Positions 1-11,399 of a stretch of DNA of 64,000 nt are shown in pieces (positions within the stretch are counted from its first letter, which is position 1; each line of letters starts with the position of its first letter). The stretch spans positions 80,055 through 144,054 of the forward strand of contig JBDHJS010000004.1 in NCBI GenBank assembly GCA_039586795.1. The letters are read 5' to 3'. The notes beneath the pieces are model-generated. The model saw nothing but the letters and a program-made list of their open reading frames with translations. It had not been told where the DNA came from and ran no database searches. The position numbers and the translations under genes were made by a program. The DNA is from Gemmatimonadota bacterium (GTDB lineage Bacteria > Gemmatimonadota > Gemmatimonadetes > Palauibacterales > KS3-K002).

Positions 1-1464
1 TCGATGGCGCTGTTCGACTACGTGGATGTGCAGTCCGAGCCGGTTAGCGGTGACACCGTCGTCGATGTCCGGGTCCAGGTGAATGAGGCGAAGCTGAGGG
101 GCGTTCAGTTCGGTGCCGGCATCTCGACCACCGAGTGCATAACCCTCCAGGCGGGGTGGGCGAACCGTAATTTCTTCGGTGGCACGCGGAAGCTCGAGAT
201 CAACGGCGTGCTTTCCAACATCGCCACGAGCCGGCGAGCTCGACAGTTTCCGTGTACACAGGCCGGCGTAGCCCGCGATGGTAGCGTTCCGGGTGACTCG
301 GTCTACAACCAGGTAAACTGGCTTCTACGAGTCGACTTCCGACAACCCTGGTTCCTTGGCACCGAGAACTGGCTGCACCTGGGCTTATTCGCCGACCGCA
401 TCAGCCTGCCTGCCGTCTACGTCTCCACGTCGATCGGTGGTGATGTTCGCTTCAGCCGGGAGATCTCCGTCGGTACGGCGGTCAGCGCGAGCTACCGTCC
501 GTCGCTCAACGAGCTGCAGGAGGGGAGCGCTGATTTCCTATTCTGCGCCAACTTCCTGATCTGTGACCCGGCAGACATCGCGATTCTGGAGGAGCGGCGC
601 TGGCTATCTCCCGTAACGCTCACGTTTGCGCAGGGCCGAACAGATGCGGTGCTCGACCCGAGCCGCGGGTATCGGCTTACCGTAGAGGGGGAGTATGCCT
701 CGCGTTTCACGGGGTCGGGGTGGACCTATGTAAGAGCTCAAGGTGAGGTCGCCTGGTACCGGCGTATGGGTTTGCAGGCCGTTCTGGCTCTCAGAATGCG
801 AGGTGGCGTCTTGAGGCCCGTCGGGTCGGGGATCGAGGGGGTGGATCTTACTCCGGGAAGCGAGGCCCTGACTCATCCGCTCAAGCGGATGTATGCCGGC
901 GGCGCCTACACCGTTCGCGGCTTTCAGGAGAACTTATTGGGTCCGAAAGTCCTGCTGACCAGCAGGGAGAACATTCCGCTCTGTGAAGGGAATCGGGTGA
1001 CGGACGAGAACACCCTGGTGTGCGACCCGAATCAATCCGGGCTAAGATCGGAGGATGCCGTACCGCGCCCGGTCGGTGGACAGAACTCTCTGGTGGCGAA
1101 CGCCGAAGTCCGCATGCCACTCGGATCGGAGAACTGGCGCGCCGTGGTATTTGTTGACATGGGTCGGGTATGGAGTTCGGGTGGTGAGGTTCCGGAAGCT
1201 GAGCGTTTTGCCTGGTCTCCTGGATTCGGTATTCGCTACTTGAGCCCGGTGGGCCCACTGCGACTGGATATCGGTTTCAATACGATCTCAGGTGGCGAAC
1301 CTTTGCCCGTGGTAACCGAGCTCGAAGACGAGTTCGGTCAGTCGCAAATCGTTCAGCTGGGTACCGCAAACAACCAGGCCATTCCGTTCTTATACAAACC
1401 TTTTGAGGGCAAGAGCGTATTTAGTCGCATGACACTCCACTTCTCGATCGGGCACGCGTTCTGA
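1..1464 (+). CDS. BamA/TamA (Omp85) family outer-membrane protein, 5'-truncated by window edge
   Basis: Omp85 motifs (NRNFFG, YAGGAYTVRGF, GFGIRYLSPVGPLRLDIG), C-terminal Phe, overlaps the tamB-like start; frame is open to position 1. Confidence 0.88.
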   Translation, partial: SMALFDYVDVQSEPVSGDTVVDVRVQVNEAKLRGVQFGAGISTTECITLQAGWANRNFFGGTRKLEINGVLSNIATSRRARQFPCTQAGVARDGSVPGDSVYNQVNWLLRVDFRQPWFLGTENWLHLGLFADRISLPAVYVSTSIGGDVRFSREISVGTAVSASYRPSLNELQEGSADFLFCANFLICDPADIAILEERRWLSPVTLTFAQGRTDAVLDPSRGYRLTVEGEYASRFTGSGWTYVRAQGEVAWYRRMGLQAVLALRMRGGVLRPVGSGIEGVDLTPGSEALTHPLKRMYAGGAYTVRGFQENLLGPKVLLTSRENIPLCEGNRVTDENTLVCDPNQSGLRSEDAVPRPVGGQNSLVANAEVRMPLGSENWRAVVFVDMGRVWSSGGEVPEAERFAWSPGFGIRYLSPVGPLRLDIGFNTISGGEPLPVVTELEDEFGQSQIVQLGTANNQAIPFLYKPFEGKSVFSRMTLHFSIGHAF

Positions 1465-4400
1465 TGAACTGGAAGGAACGAATCATCGGACTGCCCTTGG
1501 CACTGGTCGGCGCGGTACTGCTGCTGGCGACGGTCGCCGGCATGCTGCTCACGCGTACGGATTGGGGCCGCGAGAAAGTGCGCGTCTACGCAGTCGAGAA
1601 GTTGAACGGAGCGATCCGAGGCAGCGTTGAGATCGACGAGGTCCTTGCCGGCGATTTGCTCCGAATGGTCACGATGGCCGGCGTGCGGATCTACGAAGAG
1701 GACGGCCGAGAGTTCGCGAGTATCGATACTCTGACGGTTCAATACCGGTGGTCTGACTTCTTGTTCGGCAATCTGAAGTTCGCCAGGGCGACGATCGTCA
1801 ACCCGATCGTCAAGCTCCGAACCGAGCCGGAAATCGGCTGGAATTTCGAGGAGGCATTCCGCGGGCCGCGCCGGGCCGGTCCGGTTACTGAGGAGAGCGA
1901 CGAAGGAGGACTTCGCCTCGAACTGGAGGACGTAGCGATACGCTCCGGCGAAGTGACGATGCTGATCCCGTGGGACCCGGAGAGAGGAACCGACCCGGAC
2001 TCGGTGCGCTGGCATCTTATCGAAGCCTACGGCGAGTGGTGGCGCGAGCTGCGCTTCCAGCGACTCAATTCTCAGCTATCGAAGGCACAGATCGTGGTGC
2101 CGCGGGACGAAAGTCGGCAGTTCCAGATCGTCCAGTTCACCAGCCAGGTGACGATAGTCGATGACCCGTTCGAGGTTCAGCAGCTGAGAGGCTACATAGA
2201 GGTCGTCGGCAACAGGCTGTCTTTCGATGTTTCTGAGGGGGCTCTCCCGGGCTCCAACCTGTTCGGCGAAGGATGGGTTACGCTCGTATCGAACCCACAG
2301 TACGACTTCAGAATGCGCGGCAGTCCGATGTCGACGGAAGACATCCAGTGGCTTCTTCCATGGATGCCGTCCGGGACGGCAGATCTCGACTATCATATGC
2401 GAACGCTCCCCGATGGCATCGCCCTGGAGGCGCAGGATGCCAGATGGGAATCGCGCGACGCGGTCGCGACCGGCCGCTTTGCCTTGTCGCTGCGAGACCG
2501 ACCGGACGGCCTGTCGTTCAACGCGCTTGATGTGAACGTGGAGCGGCTGAATTCATCGCTCATCGAAGAGCTGACGGGCTGGGATTCTCCGGTAGCGGCA
2601 GAGTTGAACGGTGAAGTCGCGCTTGACGGACCACTTTCTCAGCTGGCTGTAGAAGCCGACCTGAACATTCTCCCAGAAGCGGAGGATCTGACGACACACA
2701 TCGCCGCGCGGGGCACGGTACACGCCCGGCATTTGTGGCGGGGAGAATTGGGTGCGCAAGATCTTCAACTAGAGTTCGACACAGTCCGGCTGAATTTGGT
2801 GCGAGCGTTTGCGCCGGAGATGGCTTTGCGGGGCGACATCACCGGCTCGGCTCACCTCGACGGCCGACTCGCCGACGGCGCTTCCTTGAGCTTTTCGCTC
2901 GAGCAGCGCGACGGGAATCTGACGCCCACGACCGTTGAAGGGGCGGGTATCGTGTCTGCGGACACGAGCGGGCTGCTGCTTGATTTCGAGCTTCACAGCG
3001 AATCGTTCTCGTTCAATACGCTATCGCGATACTACCCGTGGATCTTCTTCCGTGGCGATTTCGCTGGGGATTTCAGCGCGCGCGGCCCGCTGACAGCACT
3101 CGCCGTGGAGGCCAGCCTCGGCGGCGCAGGCGACTCGATCCGGTTCGATGGCGAAGTACGGCTTACCGAGGATGAGGTTGGCTACTTGGGAGAAATGGAG
3201 GGCCGACGGATTCGGGTCGTGCCGTTCAGACAAGGCCTCCCCGAATCGGACATTGATTTCCGTGCTGAACTCGCAGGGAGTGGTACCGTCCTGGAGGACC
3301 TGGAAGCGCGTGGTCATCTCGAGATCTTCTCTTCCTTCGTTGGCGGTGTTCGACTCGATACGGCGTACAGCGACCTTCGTCTAACCGGCGGCCGTTTGGT
3401 CGTTGATAGTGGTGCGGCCATAGTCGAGTTCGGCGAGATAGGCCTGAGTGGCGCGCTCGGCCTGATTCCCGACTCGACTGGCAGGCTCGCGTTCGACATC
3501 GCGGCCGACAGTCTGGGCGGCCTCACGCCCTGGGTGTTCCCGGGATACAGAGGCGGTCCTGGGCTGACGGCCGGTGGACCCGCAGGCCAGGTCGATGACT
3601 CGGAGGCGGCACGGGTCGACGGCTCGGCGCGGATTAGGGGGGAGCTCGAGGGGGTCATCGGCGATGTCGCGGTACGAGCGGAGATGGCTGGAAGCGATCT
3701 CCGCTACGGAATCTGGGCCGCCGACAGTCTCGTCATAGAGGACTTCGAGGTCTACGGCTCCGCAGACTCGCTGAACCTCGCGGGCGCCGCGCTCGTGGTT
3801 GGCGGCAGCGCCGGCGATGTTCGATTGCAACGCTTGGGTGTGCAGGGGGGCATCGTCGGTGACACATCAACGCTTAATTTTGACCTCGCTGTCGATTCGG
3901 CTGCCGACGCTGCGGGTCGGATGCAGGTAGTGTTGGGTGGCGAATCAACCACTCTCGCGTTCGAACAGCTCAGCATACGTCTTGCCGGGACAGATTGGTC
4001 GATGAGCCAACCCACCGAGGTACGGGTCGCACGGTCGGGAGGGATCGCGGCCAGTGATATTCGCGTCGCGAGTGAGGCGGGATACCTGACGGCGGGTGGA
4101 GTCATCCCGGATAGCGGCCGAGCCGCATTTTCCGCCGAAGTGGAAGGAATAGATCTCGGCGCCATAGCCAGGCTCTTTCCCGACAGCCTGGATCTCGGCG
4201 GATTCTTGACGGCGAGCGCCGAACTTTCCGGCACTACGGCTCGCCCGGAGATACGTGGCAGTTTTGAGGTCAGCGACGGTCGCCTGGTTGGCGTACCCTT
4301 CACGAGCCTTCGCGGTGAACTCGAGTTCCAAGACGATGATGCGTCGCTCGATGTATCAATGTGGGATGACGACCTGCGACTGCTCCGAATACACGGGACG

Positions 4401-5909
4401 TATCCAGTAGACCTCGCGCTTCCGAGCTTCGCGCTGAGCATACCGGAACGCGAAATCCGTTTGACTGCTGAGGGCGATAGCATTCCCCTCAATCTGGCGA
4501 CGCTCTTCTTCGGCAATCAGATCGCCGAGCCGCACGGCCATGCTTACGGAACGGTCTCCATTGGAGGCACTCCCGGCAGTCTGAGCTTGGAAGGACCGGT
4601 AGCATTTGTAGATGGAGGCTTCCGTGTCATCTACAGTGGGATCACCTACCTATCGTTCACAGGTGATGCCTTCTTCGAAGGACAGGATCTGCACCTGATT
4701 AATGTCGGCTTCGAGGGGGTTCCACTTAGGGCCAACGATTCGGGCGGCCGTGGTGTGTTGGGCGGGAGACTCAACCTCAGCGATCTGAGAGACCCCGGTT
4801 TCGATCTAACGATCGTCGGAGATGCGCTTCCGCTCTACGATCAACTCGACGCCCGATTCATCGTGTCCGGCTCGGTTTGGCTGCGTGGTCGGTATCGAGA
4901 GCCGATCGTCGGCGGAGATATATCCGTTGTAAGCGGCGTGCTCTTCATGGACGAGATCGGCCGTCAGGCCGAGATAGCAGATCCTTACCTCGAAGACAGT
5001 TCGTTCCTGCTGCTCGACTTGTCCGCCTTCGAAACGGCCAGGCGGCCAGCCAACCCGTTCCTGGACAACCTGACGCTCGACATGGGCGTCGACGTCGCAC
5101 AGGACACCTGGCTGCGTTCAGCGGAGGCCAACGTCGCCATCTCGGGTAATCTCTTGATAAGCAGGCGACCGGGTCAGGATGTGTGGCGGATGGACGGTAC
5201 GCTGTTGGCGGAGCGCGGTGACTATCGATTGTTCAACCGGCGATTCGAGGTGTCGGAGGGAACGATCGAGTTCGTGGGATCGCAGGAGATGAATCCTAAC
5301 CTGCGGATCGTCGCACTGTACAATCTCCGCACGCAGAAGCGGCCTATCGAAATTCGTCTGATTATCGGTGGTACGCTGGAGGACATGACGCTGTCGCTCG
5401 AGAGCGATGCACAACCGCCTATCCCCGAGTCCGACCTCTTGTCTTACTTGATACTCGGGCGGCCGTCGTACGAGATCACGCGCCCAAGTGAAGAACGCAG
5501 TCTGCTATCGGATGTGGCGGCCGACGTACCTAGCGCCTTCCTCGGGTATGCGCTCGGATCGTTGCTCGTCGGTGAGACCGGCGTGGCGTATATCGATGTG
5601 AGCCGGGTGAACTACTGGGGAGGCACCGAGGGCGGTGAATTCCAGGAAGGCGTTGGCCCATCGTTCAGCGCGACGCAGGTAGAAGTTGGCTGGTACCTGG
5701 CGCCCACAGTGTTTGTGAGCGTGGCGCAGCACCTGGCGGGTGCCGTGCGTCCGACGGTTCGACTGGAATGGAAACTCGACGACAACCTGACGCTTAGGGG
5801 GATAACTCAGCCTCGCTGGGGCCAGGCTAACCCGCTCGTGCTGGAGGTCCCCGGAGCCAATATTCAGCAGTCGATCGGCTTGTACCTGTTCTACGGGTGG
5901 AGCTACTAG
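1464..5909 (+). CDS. tamB: Translocation/assembly module TamB-family protein
   Basis: 1481 aa; N-terminal anchor, beta-rich body, C-terminal TamB-like region (LESDAQPPIPESDLLSYL); coupled to the Omp85 gene. Confidence 0.85.
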   Translation: MNWKERIIGLPLALVGAVLLLATVAGMLLTRTDWGREKVRVYAVEKLNGAIRGSVEIDEVLAGDLLRMVTMAGVRIYEEDGREFASIDTLTVQYRWSDFLFGNLKFARATIVNPIVKLRTEPEIGWNFEEAFRGPRRAGPVTEESDEGGLRLELEDVAIRSGEVTMLIPWDPERGTDPDSVRWHLIEAYGEWWRELRFQRLNSQLSKAQIVVPRDESRQFQIVQFTSQVTIVDDPFEVQQLRGYIEVVGNRLSFDVSEGALPGSNLFGEGWVTLVSNPQYDFRMRGSPMSTEDIQWLLPWMPSGTADLDYHMRTLPDGIALEAQDARWESRDAVATGRFALSLRDRPDGLSFNALDVNVERLNSSLIEELTGWDSPVAAELNGEVALDGPLSQLAVEADLNILPEAEDLTTHIAARGTVHARHLWRGELGAQDLQLEFDTVRLNLVRAFAPEMALRGDITGSAHLDGRLADGASLSFSLEQRDGNLTPTTVEGAGIVSADTSGLLLDFELHSESFSFNTLSRYYPWIFFRGDFAGDFSARGPLTALAVEASLGGAGDSIRFDGEVRLTEDEVGYLGEMEGRRIRVVPFRQGLPESDIDFRAELAGSGTVLEDLEARGHLEIFSSFVGGVRLDTAYSDLRLTGGRLVVDSGAAIVEFGEIGLSGALGLIPDSTGRLAFDIAADSLGGLTPWVFPGYRGGPGLTAGGPAGQVDDSEAARVDGSARIRGELEGVIGDVAVRAEMAGSDLRYGIWAADSLVIEDFEVYGSADSLNLAGAALVVGGSAGDVRLQRLGVQGGIVGDTSTLNFDLAVDSAADAAGRMQVVLGGESTTLAFEQLSIRLAGTDWSMSQPTEVRVARSGGIAASDIRVASEAGYLTAGGVIPDSGRAAFSAEVEGIDLGAIARLFPDSLDLGGFLTASAELSGTTARPEIRGSFEVSDGRLVGVPFTSLRGELEFQDDDASLDVSMWDDDLRLLRIHGTYPVDLALPSFALSIPEREIRLTAEGDSIPLNLATLFFGNQIAEPHGHAYGTVSIGGTPGSLSLEGPVAFVDGGFRVIYSGITYLSFTGDAFFEGQDLHLINVGFEGVPLRANDSGGRGVLGGRLNLSDLRDPGFDLTIVGDALPLYDQLDARFIVSGSVWLRGRYREPIVGGDISVVSGVLFMDEIGRQAEIADPYLEDSSFLLLDLSAFETARRPANPFLDNLTLDMGVDVAQDTWLRSAEANVAISGNLLISRRPGQDVWRMDGTLLAERGDYRLFNRRFEVSEGTIEFVGSQEMNPNLRIVALYNLRTQKRPIEIRLIIGGTLEDMTLSLESDAQPPIPESDLLSYLILGRPSYEITRPSEERSLLSDVAADVPSAFLGYALGSLLVGETGVAYIDVSRVNYWGGTEGGEFQEGVGPSFSATQVEVGWYLAPTVFVSVAQHLAGAVRPTVRLEWKLDDNLTLRGITQPRWGQANPLVLEVPGANIQQSIGLYLFYGWSY

Positions 5910-6071
5910 CAGGGTCCTGCAAATCCTGTCTTCTCCTACCTTCATCGCCCCCAAATCCTCGAGCGACCCTATGGCGCTCAATGTCGCCCTGATCGCGGCG
6001 GCAGGTCAGGGGTGGATCGGAACGCCATTCTGTGTTTAGGTTCATAGGTCAAATGGGACAGCGAGGTAACA

Positions 6072-6941
6072 ATGGCGCGGCTGAAGCCGGGAGCGCGGCT
6101 GCGCGTGGAGCACAAGATGGGTAACTACGCGAAAATCTTTGGTCTCATGGCGGGGCTCACGGCGCTGGTCGTCAGCATCGCCTACGTGGCTGGCGGCCCG
6201 AACGCCATGCTTCCAGCCTTCATTATCGTCGGTCTATTCAACTTCGGCATGTACTGGTTCAGTGATCGTGCGGTGCTGCGCATGTACAAAGCCCAGATCA
6301 TCAAGCCGGAGGACAATCCACATCTTTACGAGATGGTAGACCGCCTGCGCCAGCGCGCCGCGCTACCGATGCCGACTGTGGCTGTCGCGCCCAGCCAGCA
6401 ACCCAATGCGTTTGCCACCGGTCGGAGCCCGGAACGGGCCGTCGTTTGTTTTACGCAGGGAATCCTGAGCGCGCTCAAAGAAGCCGAGCTGGAAGGTGTA
6501 ACCGCGCACGAGCTAGCGCACATCAAGAACCGCGACATGTTGACGGGCACCATGGCGGCGACCATGGCTGGAGCGGTGACTTTGCTCGCTCGACTGGCGT
6601 TCTTCTTCGGTGACCGAGATCGAAACGTCTTCGCTTCTCTCGCCATGCTAATACTGGCGCCGCTGGCGGCAGTACTGGTTCAGATGGCGGTCAGCCGGCA
6701 GATGGAATATCGAGCGGACCGGCTGGGAGCTGAAATCGCTGGCTCGCCACGTGGGCTTGCACGGGCGCTGGATCGTATGGAAGACCTGGCACGACGAATT
6801 CCGATGAATGTCAGCCCGTCGGCCGCGCATCTTGCCATCGTTAACCCCCTTCGCCGGGGCGGGTTCTCGGGACTGTTTCGAACTCACCCGCCGACGCAAG
6901 AACGAATCGCGCGTTTGATGGAGCTCGAGCGTGGTAGCTGA
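6072..6941 (+). CDS. htpX: Zinc metalloprotease HtpX (M48); alternative start 6117
   Basis: PNAFATGR, HELAH, EYRAD and THPP motifs. Confidence 0.93.
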   Translation: MARLKPGARLRVEHKMGNYAKIFGLMAGLTALVVSIAYVAGGPNAMLPAFIIVGLFNFGMYWFSDRAVLRMYKAQIIKPEDNPHLYEMVDRLRQRAALPMPTVAVAPSQQPNAFATGRSPERAVVCFTQGILSALKEAELEGVTAHELAHIKNRDMLTGTMAATMAGAVTLLARLAFFFGDRDRNVFASLAMLILAPLAAVLVQMAVSRQMEYRADRLGAEIAGSPRGLARALDRMEDLARRIPMNVSPSAAHLAIVNPLRRGGFSGLFRTHPPTQERIARLMELERGS

Positions 6942-7869
6942 TCGGAACGGCGTGTTCGTCATTCATAACCCCACGGCGGGGGCGAGACATCCTGAACGGT
7001 TGCGTCGTCAGGTCGAAGCCAGACTGGACGCGATGAAGGTCCCGTACGAATACGCGTTTACCGAGGACCGTGGCCACGGCGAGCAGCTCGCGAGGACCGC
7101 ACGCGAGAGAGGCTTCGGGCGCGTTTTGGTTGCGGGAGGTGACGGATCGGTGCTGGAAGCTGTGACTGCGCTGGCCGGCACAGAGACCAGCCTGGCGCTC
7201 CTACCCGTCGGCACCGGAAATCAGCTGGCCGCCAACCTCGGGTTGCCAAAGAGCGTGAAGAAGATGCTGGACGTTGCCGTGAACGGTGTGCCGCGGAGAA
7301 TCGACGTTGGGATGTTGAACGGCTCCCCGTTCACGATCATAGCAGGGGCAGGCTTCGACGCAGAGGTCGTCAGGCCGCCGTCCGCAATCAAGCGCCGGAT
7401 CGGCTATCTCGCTTATGTCCATGCGGCGACCGGCGCCGCCTTTTCCCCAAGGGTTTCTGATTTGAGGATACACGTCGACGGCGATGAACATGAGGCCAAG
7501 GGCATCGGAGTGGAGATCGCTAACATGCCCGGCCTTGCGGCCCCGCTATTCGCTCGGCCGGTCGACCTGGTTCCCGATGGCAAACCCGATGACGGCCTCC
7601 TGGATATCTGCGTTCTTGCGGTAGAGTCGATAATCGACTTCTTCTCCGCTCTATCAGCGATCATGGCTCGCCGACATCACCAGAGCTCGGGATTGCTGTA
7701 CCTGCGCGGACGCGAGATCACTGTGGAAGCCGACCCGCCAATGCCAGTACAGATCGACGGGGAACGGCTCGAGATGACGACGCCAATCACGGCAACTGTC
7801 CGCCCCATGGCGCTGAGCGTAATCGTTCCCGGCAGCAACAACGTGACGGCTAGTAAGAACGATGCGTGA
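6931..7869 (+). CDS. Diacylglycerol/lipid kinase family protein (YegS/DgkB-like)
   Basis: NPTAG, GGDGS, PVGTGN and QIDGE motifs. Confidence 0.9.
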   Translation: MVADRNGVFVIHNPTAGARHPERLRRQVEARLDAMKVPYEYAFTEDRGHGEQLARTARERGFGRVLVAGGDGSVLEAVTALAGTETSLALLPVGTGNQLAANLGLPKSVKKMLDVAVNGVPRRIDVGMLNGSPFTIIAGAGFDAEVVRPPSAIKRRIGYLAYVHAATGAAFSPRVSDLRIHVDGDEHEAKGIGVEIANMPGLAAPLFARPVDLVPDGKPDDGLLDICVLAVESIIDFFSALSAIMARRHHQSSGLLYLRGREITVEADPPMPVQIDGERLEMTTPITATVRPMALSVIVPGSNNVTASKNDA

Positions 7870-10699
7870 CGAGCACCTAGTCATCCACGGGGCCCGGGAG
7901 CACAATCTCAAGAACATAGACGTCAGGATTCCCCGTAACCGGCTGACGGTGGTGACAGGGTTGTCAGGATCTGGCAAGTCGAGCCTGGCGTTCGATACGA
8001 TTTACGCCGAAGGACAGCGGCGCTATGTAGAATCGCTCTCCGCGTATGCCCGACAGTTTCTTGGGTTGATGGAGAAACCCGACGTCGACTCGATCGAAGG
8101 GTTGTCGCCGGCCATTTCCATCGAGCAGAAGACGGCCGGCCGCAATCCGCGCTCGACGGTCGGGACGATCACCGAGATCTACGACTACCTTCGACTGTTG
8201 TTGGCACGCTGTGGAACGCCCCACTGCCCGTCGTGCTCCAAACCGGTCCAGAGACAAACACCCGATCAGGTCTCGGATATCGTTCTGGGGTGGCCCGAGA
8301 AGACTCGCATCGAAGTGTTAGCCCCGCTGGTCCGCGGACGAAAGGGCGAGTTCAAGGACACGTTCGAACGGGCGCGCAAGGACGGGTTCGTTCGGATACG
8401 CGTAGACGGTGAGACATACGACCTGAACGATCCGCCCAAGCTGAACCGCAGGGTCAACCACGACATAGCGGTCGTTGTGGACCGTCTCGCGGTGAAGCCC
8501 GATGACAGACCGCGCCTTACCGATTCCATCGAGCTAGCTTTGCGCACGGCGGACGGTGTTGTCCAGATTGCCCGCTACGAGAAGAGGGACGCGGACCCCG
8601 AATTCAGACTCTTCAGCGAGCGGTACGCATGCCCCGACTGCGGGATCAACCTTCCCGAACTCGAGCCGCGACAGTTTTCGTTCAACTCACCGTACGGCGC
8701 TTGCACAGGTTGCGGTGGGTTGGGTACGAGGAAGGTTGCCAACCCGAGCCTGATGCTCGCCGATGGCCGGCTATCGCTGCTGGAAGGGGTAATCGTTCCC
8801 TGGGGCTCGCCAATCGGGTATCTACGCAAACGGGTCATCGATCCGCTATCGCGCAAGCACGGCGTGCACCCGAACACGCCATGGAACGATCTACCCAAAT
8901 CGATGCAGGACGAGATACTCAACGGGTCGGACGAGATCGACTGGGAGGGCGCAAAGGCACGGTTGGAGCGACGCTACCACGAAACACCCAGCGATCGCCT
9001 GCGAGCGCGGCTTGGCGAGTTCATGTCGGTAGACATATGTGGCGAGTGCGAAGGAAACCGACTGCGGCCGGAAGCACTGGCCGTAACGTTCGAGGACAAA
9101 TCGATAGGCGACATCTCCGGGATGACGGCCGATTCGGCGCGGGAGTTCTTCGAGACACTGGGCGGCCGAGACCGTAGCGGTTCTTACTTAGACAGCGTCA
9201 TCGCGGGACCCATCTTGAAGCAGATCATCGAACGTCTCCGCTTTCTAGCTGATGTCGGCGTCGGCTACCTGACGCTGGGTCGTAGCGCCGAGAGCTTGTC
9301 TGGCGGCGAGGCGCAGCGTATCCGGCTGGCCACGCAGATCGGGTCCAAGCTGGTTGGAGTGTTGTACATACTGGACGAACCGTCGATAGGATTGCATCAG
9401 AGAGATAACGAGCGGCTGCTGCAAACGCTGGAGTCGCTTCGCGACCTGGGAAACACGCTCATCATCGTCGAGCACGACGAGGCGACGATCCGTCGGGCCG
9501 ACCACATAGTCGACCTTGGCCCGGGCGCTGGCACGACGGGCGGTGAGGTCGTTGTCGATGGAGAACTGTCGGATGTTCTTGCGTCACGCGAGTCGCTGAC
9601 CGGTGCCTACCTGCGCGGCGACCGGATGATCGATGTTCCGAAATCGAGACGATCGGGTAACGGAGAGCAGCTGCGCGTCACCGGAGCTCGGCAATTCAAC
9701 CTGAAGGAAATCGATGTTGAGTTCCCGCTTGGCTGCTTCATCTGTGTCACCGGTGTGTCCGGTTCCGGAAAATCTACGCTGGTAGAGGAGATTCTCTATC
9801 GGGAGCTTGCACGAAGGTTGTATCGGTCGCGATTGATCCCGGGGGGCCATGGAGCCATTGAGGGTCTGGAACACATCGACAAGGTTATCGATGTCGATCA
9901 GTCACCGATCGGTCGGACTCCGCGCTCAAACCCCGCAACCTACGCAGGCGTGTTCACACCGATTCGTGAGCTGTTCGCACAGCTTCCCGAGTCCCGAATT
10001 CGCGGCTACTCGCCGGGTCGATTCAGCTTCAACGTGAAGGGCGGAAGATGCGAGGCCTGCAAAGGCGATGGCCTGGTCAAGATCGAAATGCACTTCTTGC
10101 CTGATGTGTATGTCGCCTGCGACGTGTGTCGAGGGAAACGATACAATCGGGAGACGCTCGAGGTCTTCTTCAAAGGGAAGAACATTGCCGACGTGCTGGG
10201 GATGACCGTGGATGAGGCTCTCGAGTTCTTCGACGCGATTCCGACAGTCCGGCGCAAATTACAGACGCTTCAGGACGTCGGTCTGGGATACATCACTTTG
10301 GGGCAGAGTTCGACAACGCTGTCCGGTGGAGAGGCACAAAGGGTCAAGCTTGCCACCGAGCTTTCGAAGGTCCAGACTGGTAGGACGCTCTACATCTTGG
10401 ATGAGCCGACAACCGGGCTCCATTTTGAGGACATACGATTGCTACTCGAAGTGCTGCACCGGCTGGTCGAACGTGGAAACACGGTAGTTGTGATCGAACA
10501 TCAACTTGATGTGATCAAAACCGCCGACTGGGTCATCGACCTCGGACCGGAGGGCGGTGACCGCGGAGGTGAGTTGGTGGCGGTAGGTACGCCGGAGGAC
10601 GTAGTGAAAGTGAAGGGGAGCCTTACCGGGAGCTTCATGAAGCCGCTCCTCAACAAACGGAAGTCGCGGAAACGGGAGGGTCAGCATGTCAGAGGCTGA
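7862..10699 (+). CDS. uvrA: Excinuclease ABC subunit A
   Basis: GAREHNLKN, two Walker A motifs ([18 protein letters not shown]), two LSGGEAQR signatures, Zn fingers. Confidence 0.98.
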   Translation: MRDEHLVIHGAREHNLKNIDVRIPRNRLTVVTGLSGSGKSSLAFDTIYAEGQRRYVESLSAYARQFLGLMEKPDVDSIEGLSPAISIEQKTAGRNPRSTVGTITEIYDYLRLLLARCGTPHCPSCSKPVQRQTPDQVSDIVLGWPEKTRIEVLAPLVRGRKGEFKDTFERARKDGFVRIRVDGETYDLNDPPKLNRRVNHDIAVVVDRLAVKPDDRPRLTDSIELALRTADGVVQIARYEKRDADPEFRLFSERYACPDCGINLPELEPRQFSFNSPYGACTGCGGLGTRKVANPSLMLADGRLSLLEGVIVPWGSPIGYLRKRVIDPLSRKHGVHPNTPWNDLPKSMQDEILNGSDEIDWEGAKARLERRYHETPSDRLRARLGEFMSVDICGECEGNRLRPEALAVTFEDKSIGDISGMTADSAREFFETLGGRDRSGSYLDSVIAGPILKQIIERLRFLADVGVGYLTLGRSAESLSGGEAQRIRLATQIGSKLVGVLYILDEPSIGLHQRDNERLLQTLESLRDLGNTLIIVEHDEATIRRADHIVDLGPGAGTTGGEVVVDGELSDVLASRESLTGAYLRGDRMIDVPKSRRSGNGEQLRVTGARQFNLKEIDVEFPLGCFICVTGVSGSGKSTLVEEILYRELARRLYRSRLIPGGHGAIEGLEHIDKVIDVDQSPIGRTPRSNPATYAGVFTPIRELFAQLPESRIRGYSPGRFSFNVKGGRCEACKGDGLVKIEMHFLPDVYVACDVCRGKRYNRETLEVFFKGKNIADVLGMTVDEALEFFDAIPTVRRKLQTLQDVGLGYITLGQSSTTLSGGEAQRVKLATELSKVQTGRTLYILDEPTTGLHFEDIRLLLEVLHRLVERGNTVVVIEHQLDVIKTADWVIDLGPEGGDRGGELVAVGTPEDVVKVKGSLTGSFMKPLLNKRKSRKREGQHVRG

Positions 10700-11396
10700 A
10701 CATCGCCGTGAACCGAAATACCTGCTTCGAAGTTTCGAGCAATGGGCACTTCCTCGCATGGCTGCAGCTTTGCCAGGATGGGTGATGCCGGACCATATGA
10801 CGGCGCTCGGGTTCCTGGCGGCTGCCGGCATAGGCGTTTGTTACGCGTCGTCTGGCTACAGCACGAACTACCTGTGGGCGGCGAACGTGCTCTGGGTGAT
10901 CAACTGGATCGGTGATAGCCTTGACGGAACGTTGGCTCGCGTCCGACGAACCGAACGTCCGCGATACGGTTATTACCTGGACCACATCATCGACATGTTC
11001 TCGGTCGCCTTCGTGTGCATCGGGCTCGGCTTCTCGCCGTATCTGTTGCTCTCGATGGGGCTAGCTGCGCTGATCATGTACTACTTGATGTCGATCAACG
11101 TGTATCTCGAGACGTTCGTGATGAAGTCCTTTCAGTTTGGATACGAGTACATTGGGCCCAGCGAGGTGCGGGTCATCCTGATACTCGGTGGCAGTGCGCT
11201 GGCCCTCGGTTTCGAACCGATACTCGAGCTGAAAGACGTTCCGCTCGGCGCGCTCGATCTCATCTTTCTTGCCGGGCTGGCCATAATGCTGATCATGCTG
11301 TTGCGTCGAATCCTCAGCAATCTGCGTGAGCTCGGCCATTTGGAGCCGCCCAACGTGGTTAGGGCGGCGGCGAATCAGGCCGGCGATCAGGGGTGA
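10686..11396 (+). CDS. CDP-alcohol phosphatidyltransferase family protein
   Basis: DSLDGTLAR...[10 protein letters not shown] signature; hydrophobic helices. Confidence 0.9.
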   Translation: MSEAEHRREPKYLLRSFEQWALPRMAAALPGWVMPDHMTALGFLAAAGIGVCYASSGYSTNYLWAANVLWVINWIGDSLDGTLARVRRTERPRYGYYLDHIIDMFSVAFVCIGLGFSPYLLLSMGLAALIMYYLMSINVYLETFVMKSFQFGYEYIGPSEVRVILILGGSALALGFEPILELKDVPLGALDLIFLAGLAIMLIMLLRRILSNLRELGHLEPPNVVRAAANQAGDQG

Positions 11397-11399
11397 GCG

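Noticed and set aside
6019..6044. GGAAC-N16-GTTCA possible ECF promoter before htpX
   Set aside because: The -10 element does not match the CGTA motif seen at the other two sites; too weak alone.
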